A DNA stretch of 64,000 nt from an uncultured virus (IMG/VR IMGVR_UViG_3300036987_000183) (taxonomy: Duplodnaviria > Heunggongvirae > Uroviricota > Caudoviricetes). Shown here in pieces: positions 39,446 through 48,921 of the stretch. Positions within the stretch are counted from its first letter, which is position 1. The number at the start of each line of letters is the position of its first letter. The notes under the pieces were generated by a model, which was not told the origin of the DNA, ran no database searches, and saw nothing but the letters and a program-made list of their open reading frames with translations. The DNA lies in the IMG/VR virus record IMGVR_UViG_3300036987_000183. One strand, 5' to 3'. The translations under genes and the position numbers were made by a program.

Positions 39446-39813
39446 TGGCAAACATAGTTATCGGATCTTTTACTCCAGCGCGAGAGCCAAGCGACCGCCC
39501 CATGATTCGGCCAGGCAAGTCTGCCGCAGCGGTCGAGACATACTCCAGCGTGGCGTACCTTTCCTGGGGAGTAAGTATCGTCGGCGAGGTAATAGAAATC
39601 GGCTGGGATTACCTATCGGCCAGCGATTTTGATAGCCTCGATGCTATTTACGTAACTGATGCCCCGGTTGTCTTCAATCCAAACGACGGCTCTGGCAAAA
39701 CCTACAATGTAAATATTATGAGTCTGGACGGCAAATACCATATCGGTGTCGACGATGCCTTCTTGCGCAAGGAAGTAAAGCTGACCTTGCTCATCATGTC
39801 CGAGGTGGCCTAA
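39445..39813 (+). CDS. Distal tail-like protein
   Basis: Size and position after the tape measure gene. Confidence 0.55.
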   Translation: MANIVIGSFTPAREPSDRPMIRPGKSAAAVETYSSVAYLSWGVSIVGEVIEIGWDYLSASDFDSLDAIYVTDAPVVFNPNDGSGKTYNVNIMSLDGKYHIGVDDAFLRKEVKLTLLIMSEVA

Positions 39814-42800
39814 TGGCATTAACTCTCGACGCAACCCTACTAGCCGCCCAATCCAGCCAATCCCGGCACCCGCTCTGCGACTTGATCGTCCGCCGCAGCG
39901 TTGACGATCTGCCATTCCCGAAAAACCCCGGCGTCATCCCGGTTAGTGGCAAACAAAGATACCCAAAAATGCTGGTCATGCCGGATGGGCGGATAGCGCT
40001 CATACATAATGTTGATTACAACTCCGGCGACGCCGGCATAGGCATAGCCTTTTCTGATGTTGACAGGACGGCATTTGGAAACCGGGTTATTCCGGCACTG
40101 GATTATACCTATTCTACAAACGGACTGATGCTCGATGCCGTGGTGCTGAATGCCAATGGGGATATCGGCATCATTGTATTCAATGACCCCGGCTGGTCAA
40201 ATGGACTGTACGCCCACGTTGTCAATTCTTCCGGTGTTAAAGTTTCTAGTAACACCATCTGGAACACAACAACGGTGGTGCAAAGCATATCGGTGGTTAA
40301 GCGCGGGGATAACGACTTCGCCTTGGTATACATGAAACCAAGCAACGAGCTCGTAATGAGAACATCGACAAACTTTACCAGTTGGAGCGCCGAAACTGTT
40401 ATTCATTCGGATTCGGCCCCTGCAATTGGCGGTCTGGTCGCTACTCAAATAATACGGGATGTGAAGGTTGCTAAATTGGCAGATGGTTCCTATGTGATGT
40501 TTCTGTCCTATCAGGCATACATCGATGACACGGGAAGCATTTACAACATCTATTATTCCACCAGTGCCGATATGGTGACCTGGGCTGATGCTCTGCCGCT
40601 GACAGACACAACACTAAAAAGCCGGGATTACTATTTTCCTGACGTTGTGCAGATGGCTGACGGCTCCTTGTTCATTGCCATGCACGAATATAATTCCTAC
40701 CTGTCGATGAATAGAGACACCACGGGATGGGTGCAGGGTACGCTACCCTATCAAGCACTCAGCGTATCGGACCAATGGCTGGATATACCAAACGGGAAGC
40801 TGTACGTCATTTCGTATGACAGCGGTTTTAAGGGCGGCGCAAAGATTGACCTCGCCACATGGACCATCGACAAGTGCTATAGCGGGTTGAATGTTCCAGC
40901 AATACCAGCTTATTTTGCCGCTCAAAGTGGTATTCTTGGTGGCAGACAGCATGGCGTATTGGGTTTTATGCCAATAGTCAAGAACTCCGGCATTTGTCTG
41001 CTTGATTTTGATAACGACAACTATAGGGCGTTCTTTTTTCGGGATGAGAGTGGCACTTACGGTGCTGGAAACGAACAAAATGTAAACTGGACACCATTCC
41101 TAGGGGGTGCGTATTGGGGCATGGACTCTCTCATTTGCCGTGGTGCTTGGGTAGACATAGAGAACAACCGGTTATATGTTCATATAACCAACTCCTATAT
41201 TTATGACGACAACTACCAATTCGGATACATCGATCTTGACCAAACAGGCCCGACGTATGATTTCACCACACTTGTAACTGCCGTTTTCAATAAGGGGAAC
41301 GATCAAACAGCGACATGCTTTAGGGTATACCCCGATCAGGGTTTGCTGCTTATTTGGGGTGCAAGTGCATCCTATGGCGGCAGTATGCGTATCTATGATA
41401 TTAACAATAACGCCAATTATAAAACCTATTACAGATCGACACATACCAACTTTCCATATGGTGGGATACTAGACGCTCACTTGATTGGCAATACGGTTTT
41501 TTGTACTCCGTGCAACGGTGGTACGCTCGGTGATGAATACAAATATCATATCCTGGAAATAAACCTTTTGAATGATAACATGATGTATCACATAGCCCCG
41601 TATTCCTTATCTGTAGCAAACCTTAATGGTAATGGTCCGGGAGAGGTTCCTTATTATGGGGCGATGAGCAAATGCGAAACCACAAAAGAATTCATCATCG
41701 CCACATATAAAAACCCTCTCGTTTTCAACTATGAAAATTATTCATGGGAATATATAGATTACAATTATGATGGTTCGGCACCGACTCCAGTGGATAATCG
41801 GTGGTGGGTGCTTGACTATGACCCGATCAACGATGTGTACCTTGGCGCAAAGGCCGAAAATATCTTGTACCTGCTCCCCCGCAGCGGCGATGCAACCCGC
41901 TTAATGTACGCCACGGGCGTCAAAACAACCGACTGGGCCTTTGGCACACCAGCCACCCTTGTTTCTGGCTACAAAAACGTGAATGGCCGCCTTGCCATAA
42001 CAGAGGATGATGCTGTATGGGCAACGTGGACCGATAATGCCGCCGCAGCGTTCCCGGTATCATGGGGAAAAACCGGTGCACAACTTTCCCTGCAAAACTA
42101 CCTGACCGACGAAACGGAATTCGAGTGGAGTCTGGAAGGTGTGCCAAGCTCCCTGCATTTCAAACTATCCCATGGCCACCTTTTTGATCCGCAGAACTCC
42201 GCCTCCATCCTCAATTACTACCTGTCAAAGGGCAGTTCAGTCACGGCCAAGCTCGGCGAGCTGGTGAACGGGGTGGAATATTGGGCGAACCAGGGCGTCT
42301 ATATCATCCGTGAGCTGGCCCTGCGCTACCAGCGCGGAGAGTATCCGATCCTCGATGTTTCCTGCGAAGACATCACCTGCCTCTGGGAGATGGCACAGAT
42401 CGCCGCCACGCAATTGACAACCAGTTATCCCGACGATGGAATTAAGGCGATCGTTAAGGCCAACACTCCGCTGACCGATGACGATTTCAACCTGCCCACC
42501 TTCACAGACAGGTTCACGTTCGATGCCATGTGGATCGATACCTACCTCTCCGACATCGTCCATGACCTGGCGAACCGGTTCAAATATTTTATCATCATGG
42601 ATATGGACGGCAAGGTCACGGCCAGGCGCATCGACACCACCGCAGCCGTCAGCAACGCCTACACCGACAAGAGTAAGCTGATCGACTTCACGCCGAATGA
42701 TGCTTTTTCCGACCTGACAAATCGTTTCATCGTCACCGGGCAATCCCTCGATGATATTGAGTTGATGTATACCGAGGAGCGGATTGCCGAGCAAAACGGG

Positions 42801-43556
42801 ACGGTTGGCTGGTGGGGCTGTAAAAAAGACCTCATTATCTGGTACAGCGGCGATATGTCACGGAGGGCCAAGCACCCCCGGCTCAACGTGCTGGAATCGC
42901 CCGTTTCGATGGGGTTTCAATTGTCTGGCGGGGTTTCAATCGGCATCAGCTATATCGATACGAATCACAAATATTGCATCGTTGAGGTAAATGTTCCAAA
43001 CCTTATACCAGTTCTGGTCGGTGCCCTTGCCGTTTGGATTGCTGCTCACTACATCCCTGACGAGGTAATTGTCGGTGGTGTCGGAGCGTCTGCCGGGGTA
43101 ACGATACCGATTGGCAGAATTATCGAAAGCGTCTCCCTAATACTTGTCATGAACGTCCTTGGCAGTGTGGCGAATTACCGGTTTGAAATTTGGGGTCAAC
43201 CAGTCGGATACGTGAAAAGGGACTACACGGCCCAGGCTGATGACGCTACGCTACAGCAGCAGTTGGGCATGGTGATACCGCAAAAAGAAGAAGGTTTCCT
43301 TTGCTCCACACCTACCCATTGTCAGTATGTCGCCGATTTTGAACGTGACCTGGCGGTGCTGCAAAGGAATCGGGTCACGACCGGCAAAATCGCACACCTC
43401 AAGGACGAGGTCGGGGATGTGATTTCTTTACCACACCCCTACACCAACAACACCATCAAAACGCTGATAACCAAGTTGAACCGGAAATACAAACCTTCCA
43501 CACTGACCGACGACGAGGGACACTTTACCGACACGGTAGATGGGTGGGTGATTTAA
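39813..43556 (+). CDS. Large tail tip/hub protein with beta-propeller-like region
   Basis: 1247 aa; Asp-box-like RTSTNFTSW and STSADMVTW; hub-like C-terminal part. Confidence 0.65.
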   Translation: MALTLDATLLAAQSSQSRHPLCDLIVRRSVDDLPFPKNPGVIPVSGKQRYPKMLVMPDGRIALIHNVDYNSGDAGIGIAFSDVDRTAFGNRVIPALDYTYSTNGLMLDAVVLNANGDIGIIVFNDPGWSNGLYAHVVNSSGVKVSSNTIWNTTTVVQSISVVKRGDNDFALVYMKPSNELVMRTSTNFTSWSAETVIHSDSAPAIGGLVATQIIRDVKVAKLADGSYVMFLSYQAYIDDTGSIYNIYYSTSADMVTWADALPLTDTTLKSRDYYFPDVVQMADGSLFIAMHEYNSYLSMNRDTTGWVQGTLPYQALSVSDQWLDIPNGKLYVISYDSGFKGGAKIDLATWTIDKCYSGLNVPAIPAYFAAQSGILGGRQHGVLGFMPIVKNSGICLLDFDNDNYRAFFFRDESGTYGAGNEQNVNWTPFLGGAYWGMDSLICRGAWVDIENNRLYVHITNSYIYDDNYQFGYIDLDQTGPTYDFTTLVTAVFNKGNDQTATCFRVYPDQGLLLIWGASASYGGSMRIYDINNNANYKTYYRSTHTNFPYGGILDAHLIGNTVFCTPCNGGTLGDEYKYHILEINLLNDNMMYHIAPYSLSVANLNGNGPGEVPYYGAMSKCETTKEFIIATYKNPLVFNYENYSWEYIDYNYDGSAPTPVDNRWWVLDYDPINDVYLGAKAENILYLLPRSGDATRLMYATGVKTTDWAFGTPATLVSGYKNVNGRLAITEDDAVWATWTDNAAAAFPVSWGKTGAQLSLQNYLTDETEFEWSLEGVPSSLHFKLSHGHLFDPQNSASILNYYLSKGSSVTAKLGELVNGVEYWANQGVYIIRELALRYQRGEYPILDVSCEDITCLWEMAQIAATQLTTSYPDDGIKAIVKANTPLTDDDFNLPTFTDRFTFDAMWIDTYLSDIVHDLANRFKYFIIMDMDGKVTARRIDTTAAVSNAYTDKSKLIDFTPNDAFSDLTNRFIVTGQSLDDIELMYTEERIAEQNGTVGWWGCKKDLIIWYSGDMSRRAKHPRLNVLESPVSMGFQLSGGVSIGISYIDTNHKYCIVEVNVPNLIPVLVGALAVWIAAHYIPDEVIVGGVGASAGVTIPIGRIIESVSLILVMNVLGSVANYRFEIWGQPVGYVKRDYTAQADDATLQQQLGMVIPQKEEGFLCSTPTHCQYVADFERDLAVLQRNRVTTGKIAHLKDEVGDVISLPHPYTNNTIKTLITKLNRKYKPSTLTDDEGHFTDTVDGWVI

Positions 43557-44620
43557 TGGCGCTACGACAACTAAAAAACCGCATTATCCGACAGAGAATA
43601 CAGAAGGAAGCAGCCTACCGCACGGAAACCCGTGACGCGATCCTATGGGATGTAATCGACAACAAACGATGCCGCGTCAAGATCCTGGGTAGTAACACCT
43701 TGCTTGTTGCAAACTACCCGGAGAACCTGGAGAGTAAACCAGCCTGGCTCAAGCCGGGAACAGCAGTCAAAATAAACCATACCGCGGGCAACCGGCACAT
43801 ATTGACGATCATTGGACTCGGTACCGCAATACCTCAGCCAACGGACAGTGCACTTCTGCCCACTCCACCGATTGGCGTCGACGCGGTATTGACCGGCCTG
43901 GAACTGTTCCCCTTTGAGACGCCGGGAATGTTCGTCTACGTCTCGACCGGTACCTTCCGCATCGGTGGCACGATATACACGGTTGAGCCGTCACTGATGA
44001 GCGAAAGCAACATCCTGAGTATGAACAGCGGCGCCCCGCTCGACACCACGGCAGAGGCGGTTGCGATCAGCGGTGCTCATGGCTCCCTGTATCGACTCGA
44101 CCTGATAGTGATCGGCGCTGACATGGTGATTCACACCACCAACGGCACGGCCGCCGCGACCCCGGTAGAGCCTGCCGTCCCTGCCGGGCACTTGCGGCTG
44201 GGTAATGTCCTGGTGCCTCCCGGCGTAACGACCATCCTGCAAAGCCACCTCAACCGCACATTCAGCGACCCGATAGCCTCGCAGTTGACATTGACAATAT
44301 CCGACAGTGACCTTGCATGGGGCGAAAATTCCTGCACCATCACCGCGAAAGTCCTCGACCAGTACGGACGCATCATAACCGGCACGAACTGGGGTGTTTA
44401 CGCAGAATTCCTGAGCGGCACCGGGACCATCGATGGACAAACAACATCGACCAGATACACCGGTACATCATCGAATCAGGCAATATTCACCTATGCCCGC
44501 AACACTGCGGCCGGAGAAAAGAGCCCGATGCTACAGTTCAGCCTGATACAAAACCCGAATTTGAAGATGATACAATTCATAACCGTCCGCGATTCCAGCG
44601 GCAACATCCTGATGGGATAG
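43556..44620 (+). CDS. Minor tail protein
   Basis: Translationally coupled; YRLDLIVI...PAVPAG..LG.V.VP motif seen in phage tail proteins. Confidence 0.55.
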   Translation: MALRQLKNRIIRQRIQKEAAYRTETRDAILWDVIDNKRCRVKILGSNTLLVANYPENLESKPAWLKPGTAVKINHTAGNRHILTIIGLGTAIPQPTDSALLPTPPIGVDAVLTGLELFPFETPGMFVYVSTGTFRIGGTIYTVEPSLMSESNILSMNSGAPLDTTAEAVAISGAHGSLYRLDLIVIGADMVIHTTNGTAAATPVEPAVPAGHLRLGNVLVPPGVTTILQSHLNRTFSDPIASQLTLTISDSDLAWGENSCTITAKVLDQYGRIITGTNWGVYAEFLSGTGTIDGQTTSTRYTGTSSNQAIFTYARNTAAGEKSPMLQFSLIQNPNLKMIQFITVRDSSGNILMG

Positions 44621-44628
44621 GAGCGAAC

Positions 44629-44808
44629 ATGGAAAACCGGGAAATAGAACTATTGGAAGCGATATTAGTGGAATTAAGGATACTCAACGGAACAGCGGTC
44701 AAACAGCAGGAGGCCAGCCAAGCCAGGATGCAGGAAGCGCAAAAAATGATGGATGTCGCGAAGAACATGCTGCCGCCGGAAATGAGAGGTGTTCTCGATG
44801 GGCAATAA
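44629..44808 (+). CDS. Small hypothetical protein
   Basis: AGGAG RBS with ATG at 44629. Confidence 0.5.
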   Translation: MENREIELLEAILVELRILNGTAVKQQEASQARMQEAQKMMDVAKNMLPPEMRGVLDGQ

Positions 44809-45430
44809 TTTCTTTGTACCGTTTGCCACCGCCCGCTTCCGGGCATCAGAAATGAACACGCCACTGATAGCACTAGACAAGGCAATCAGCTATCAGCAGA
44901 ATGTCATGGTCCATTGCGATGGTGATCTCAGTTACGACAAGGCAACCGGCATTCTGTCCTGGTCGGCAACCCTGCGGATACTATTCAACCGAGCTGATGG
45001 GCAGGCGATCCAGAACACCGTGGCGGCGGGAAGCGTTACGCTGACAGATAACAAGTTTGCCTATGTGACCCTCAACGAGACAAACGACACGGTACTGACG
45101 GTATCGAGCGCGACAGTTTCCACCGCCGCCGCCAGCAACTTCCTCGCCCTGGGCCGATTGGTTCTGGCGTACAGAAATACCACCAGCGACGAATGCTATG
45201 CTGTGGGCATAACCCACCCGATCAGGAAGATCGAGGCGCATATCGCCGATGCAGTAACCGTACACACCATCACCGACCCGACAGACGCACCGGTTGATGC
45301 TGACGCACTGCGGGAGGACCTGGTGACGAACGTTGTCCCGAGCGTCGAGTCTGCACTCAACGCCCTGGGTGTAAAGGTCAATGCGATCATTGCGGTACTC
45401 GAGGCAAGAAAGCAGACCGCCAGCTCGTAA
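44798..45430 (+). CDS. Putative tail/fibre protein
   Basis: Last gene of the tail operon; beta-rich with a C-terminal coiled segment. Confidence 0.5.
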   Translation: MGNNFFVPFATARFRASEMNTPLIALDKAISYQQNVMVHCDGDLSYDKATGILSWSATLRILFNRADGQAIQNTVAAGSVTLTDNKFAYVTLNETNDTVLTVSSATVSTAAASNFLALGRLVLAYRNTTSDECYAVGITHPIRKIEAHIADAVTVHTITDPTDAPVDADALREDLVTNVVPSVESALNALGVKVNAIIAVLEARKQTASS

Positions 45431-45472
45431 TAGTCCGCGAGTCCCTTACAGTGGCTGTTTTATAGGGATAAC

Positions 45473-45501
45473 TTGACACCTGCCAGGGATTGAGGTACAA
45501 A
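45473..45501 (+). promoter_or_regulatory. Phage-borne sigma70-like promoter facing the tRNA
   Basis: TTGACA-17 bp-TACAAA about 100 bp upstream of the tRNA. Confidence 0.55.
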
Positions 45502-45600
45502 GAAGCACTACAACGTACTTATGCGGCTTCGCAGGAGTCATATGTAGGGCAAAACCTTCCTAAAACATTTAATTATCAAGCGGTTAAGAGATAATTACCT

Positions 45601-45676
45601 GCCACCTTAGCTCAGTTGGTAGAGCAATTGATTCGTAATCAATAGGTCACCAGTTCGACTCTGGTAGGTGGCTCCA
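45601..45676 (+). tRNA. tRNA-Thr(CGT); first 25 nt are the right att core
   Basis: Full cloverleaf: GCCACCT/AGGTGGC acceptor stem, ATTGA-TTCGTAA-TCAAT anticodon arm, GTTCGA T-loop, encoded CCA. Confidence 0.96.
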
Positions 45677-45683
45677 GAAAAAC

Positions 45684-45718
45684 AAGAGGTTAGCCCTCAC
45701 AGGCTAGCCTCTTTCTTT
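45684..45718 (+). terminator. tRNA terminator
   Basis: AAGAGGTTAGCC-CTCACA-GGCTAGCCTCTT-TCTTT. Confidence 0.75.
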
Positions 45719-45724
45719 ATGCTC

Positions 45725-46563
45725 TGACGCAGATATTGACGCAGATGTTATATAACGAATCAACTGCACTCCCTACACTGGTGCTTTTGCTTAGTCGCTG
45801 ACGCTTACACGCAAACCTCACCAGACGCATCCTCCCTTGTCCACACAAGCTCGGCTGAGTGAGCTAAGATGACCTTCTTCCCAATAGAAATGTATCCCAG
45901 ATAGCAACCTTACCCTGAGTATTTAGTCTTTATTTTTCATAGGCTATTACTATAATGTCTTATATATCATTAGAGTACGCAACTAGCTTCATATCCTATC
46001 GATATCATTATAAATATTGTCATATTCCATGTGCAGTATTGGTAACACGCTGAATAATAGACCATTTGCTATATATGGGTGTATGTGGAAGAAGTACCAC
46101 TATATATGGTTTTGTGGAGACGTCCGTTCAATCTCAATCTCGCCAAAAAAGAGAGGTATGGCGTGTGATCAGGTGGTTGTACCGGCAGAGAGGCAGCAAG
46201 TAAGAAAAGCAGATTGCGGTTTCAATTTCATTTTTATATATTACCCGAGGCAGAGGTATTAAGATATCAGACTTGAATTGACCAAGGTTCCGACCCCGCC
46301 CCTTGTTTCTGAGCTTTAAGAGGTTGTAGCTCTCCAAGGCATAGGTAGGTATGCTTCAGCTGGATATCTCCTGTCAGATAGCTAATATAGGTTGTGAGGT
46401 ATGGTAAATACTTTTTCGGTCACTCCAGATCATTTTGTAAAAGACCACAAAATGATCTTTCGTGATCCGAGCCAATAAAACCTTGTAGCTATTTGAAATG
46501 TAAGGGTTATCTGGTAGCAGTAGTGACGTTGATTTGCTGCGTTAAGCGTCAATATCTGCGTCA
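45725..46563. repeat. Pair of exact 18-bp inverted repeats (45725-45742 and 46546-46563)
   Basis: TGACGCAGATATTGACGC / GCGTCAATATCTGCGTCA. Confidence 0.85.
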
Positions 46564-46650
46564 AGTTTTGAGTTGGTTCTGTAACTAGCTGATTTATATA
46601 CCTAATAATACTCAGGCAATAGATTACTAATCAATTGCTTGAATTGAGGA

Positions 46651-47877
46651 GTGTCAAATATGCTTTTTGAGTACGGTAAAAGACTTGATCAATTAGATTA
46701 TGAAAGACTCTGGACTGAAAAGAATTGGTATTTCAGCGATGCCATTATCATGTTGACGAGTTATGAGATGGAGATTAGAGGCTTTTATAGCTTGGATGAC
46801 TCAAAGCTAACATATGCTAAGATCCATGGAAAGTATGAAAGCTATTTGTTAGAGAGTATGCTGGAAAAGTTGTTTGAGTATAATGACGGAGTAGATCCTG
46901 ATCTAAAGGCAAGTTATGCCTCAGAAATTTCTGATCTGACCACAGTCAATCCAAGCCGTTCAACTTTCAATAGGTATACATTCCTGAATTTCTTAGAAGC
47001 TAATTATCCAGGCAACATTGACATTGATAGGCTAAAGAGGTTTTTGTCAGGTGAAGAGGCTCCATTAAACACCAAACCTCATGCATCAAAGGTAGAGGAG
47101 CAAAGCCGCATAGTCGTTCAAACTACCAATAGTGATTTGCTGAATAATCAAGGAAGCGTAGATAGCTCTGGTATAACACACATCAGAGGAACTGGTGCAG
47201 ATGCATCACATACCTTAGGTGCAGCAGCTTTAGACGGTCATAAGTATTGTTTCGAAAGGATTACTCAGAGCTGGAAATTAAGGTTCATGGATATTGAGTT
47301 GAACGGCGTAAAAGATTTGGTTGGTATGGACTATATACAACTGCTGCTCAAAAACCCTGGGATTCCAATTGGTGTCTACGAGATACAATCCATGTTAAAT
47401 CCTATAGGGATAAAGTCTCCTGAAGGTAGAAGAAGGCCAGAGCTTGAGATTTTTGAAGGTCACACGACTGCTAAATTAGACAATAATAATACCTCCAAGA
47501 ATAAAGAGACCAGAAGCAGCAAATCCAAATCATTAGAGAACTTAAAAAGAAGGCTCCAAAAGTTGTCACAAGAAAGAAACGAGCTTGATTCAGACTATGA
47601 TCATATTGAAATTGAAGCAATTGATAACGAATACGCCAAGATAGAAGCCGCAGTGGATAATATCCTCTATGCAAAGAATGATGATCCAGAAATAAAAAAT
47701 AACCGTGACAAGGTTGCCAAAGCTATTAAAGCTGCCATAAAAAATATTAGTGGCCTCAAAACAACGGATGGCCAACCCAGTACACCTCTCAGCAACTTCT
47801 TGACCCAACATATTAAAACTGCAAGTGAATGTGTATACAACCCTCCAACAATAAACCCTCCTGATTGGTCATTCTAG
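46651..47877 (+). CDS. Hypothetical protein, possible winged-helix transcriptional activator
   Basis: 408-aa ORF; C-terminal GMDYIQLLLKNPG...RDKVAKAI...IKT..C.Y.P resembles island regulators. Confidence 0.55.
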   Translation: MSNMLFEYGKRLDQLDYERLWTEKNWYFSDAIIMLTSYEMEIRGFYSLDDSKLTYAKIHGKYESYLLESMLEKLFEYNDGVDPDLKASYASEISDLTTVNPSRSTFNRYTFLNFLEANYPGNIDIDRLKRFLSGEEAPLNTKPHASKVEEQSRIVVQTTNSDLLNNQGSVDSSGITHIRGTGADASHTLGAAALDGHKYCFERITQSWKLRFMDIELNGVKDLVGMDYIQLLLKNPGIPIGVYEIQSMLNPIGIKSPEGRRRPELEIFEGHTTAKLDNNNTSKNKETRSSKSKSLENLKRRLQKLSQERNELDSDYDHIEIEAIDNEYAKIEAAVDNILYAKNDDPEIKNNRDKVAKAIKAAIKNISGLKTTDGQPSTPLSNFLTQHIKTASECVYNPPTINPPDWSF

Positions 47878-48027
47878 TATTATCAATGCAAGCGACGACC
47901 TTAAAAGTCGTCAAACGAAAATATAACTCGTCCTTATAAGGTAGAGGCAGAGCGAAGCAAACGACAGCATCCATGGCAGTCTGTCAGTGCAAGCCGAACC
48001 TACTATACTTCTAAGGAGATAACACAG

Positions 48028-48423
48028 ATGGACAACAAACTCAAAACACTCACCTTCCCCCAGACCAGAAACGCATTACTGCTTTACGAAGCAGTCGCCA
48101 TTGCACTCGAAGACGCAGGGTTCATGGATGACAACAAGAAGATCAACAAGGCCATCGAGGCCCTGACGCCTAAGGACGATGTTACCAAGGTCCTGAAGCA
48201 GCTTCAGGGGTATGGCTACAGAGACTATCTCGTGGAAAAGGAAGCAGGCCGAGCCGTGGACTCTGCCGAGGCGAAAGCCGCTCACATCAAAGATTACGTC
48301 TCTGCCAGGTTCAAGAAGCACATGTCCAACCCGAAAACAGGTGTTAAGGCAACCAAGATGTATAACGATGCTTACCCTTCCGTCGTAGCTGAAAACCCTT
48401 CTGATGACACTCCAACGGCATAA
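48028..48423 (+). CDS. Hypothetical protein
   Basis: Strong TAAGGAG RBS; followed by GAGAGGGG/CCCCTCTC hairpin. Confidence 0.65.
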   Translation: MDNKLKTLTFPQTRNALLLYEAVAIALEDAGFMDDNKKINKAIEALTPKDDVTKVLKQLQGYGYRDYLVEKEAGRAVDSAEAKAAHIKDYVSARFKKHMSNPKTGVKATKMYNDAYPSVVAENPSDDTPTA

Positions 48424-48921
48424 GGTTGTCATTACTACATTGCCTACATAACCACCAACACTGAGAGGGGCTTGTCCCCTCTCTCTACCTATGATTAAGG
48501 AGAATAAAGTGAGAGAACTATTACCAAATACTTTGGCGAGCGTAGCAACGATGCTCTGATCATTCATAGAGATGGCAAGGACTGGGTATCGTCCAGAAGC
48601 CTTTGTGACCTCATGGGAGTGGTTGATGAGTATTATTTGGTATTCGACCAAAGAACGTGGCCTGAGGTGAACCTTACCGAGGAGGGCAAGTGTAAGTTCA
48701 CTGCTGAGGGAGCACATCTACCCTGTCCAATTTGGTTCGTTTCGGAGACTGGCTTCTGGAAGATAGTTGCAAAGTCAAACTCTTCCTGGCCAGCGAGGTT
48801 CCGTGCATCATTCCTGCCGACAGTATTCGAAGGTGGACTTTAAGTGTCCTGAAGTATCAATACTTTGAACGTGACGAAGGGGGGGAGGATTACGCTCTCC
48901 CCTTTTGTATACGGAGCCACC

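Larger units (their letters stand above)
302..45625. mobile_element. Integrated lambda-like prophage, about 45.3 kb
   Basis: Flanked by identical 25-bp repeats; integrase at the left end; replication, packaging, head, lysis and tail modules all present. Confidence 0.93.

Noticed and set aside
39813..45430. Second DGR target among the tail genes
   Set aside because: No TR-like sequence noticed at the 3' ends by eye; a BLAST of the TR against the whole genome is needed to exclude remote targets
45540..45570. Cyclic-dinucleotide (GEMM) riboswitch from GGGCAAAACC
   Set aside because: Downstream GNRA stem and second hairpin are absent
45745..46545. Decayed tyrosine integrase next to the tRNA
   Set aside because: No recognisable integrase motifs in the short ORFs
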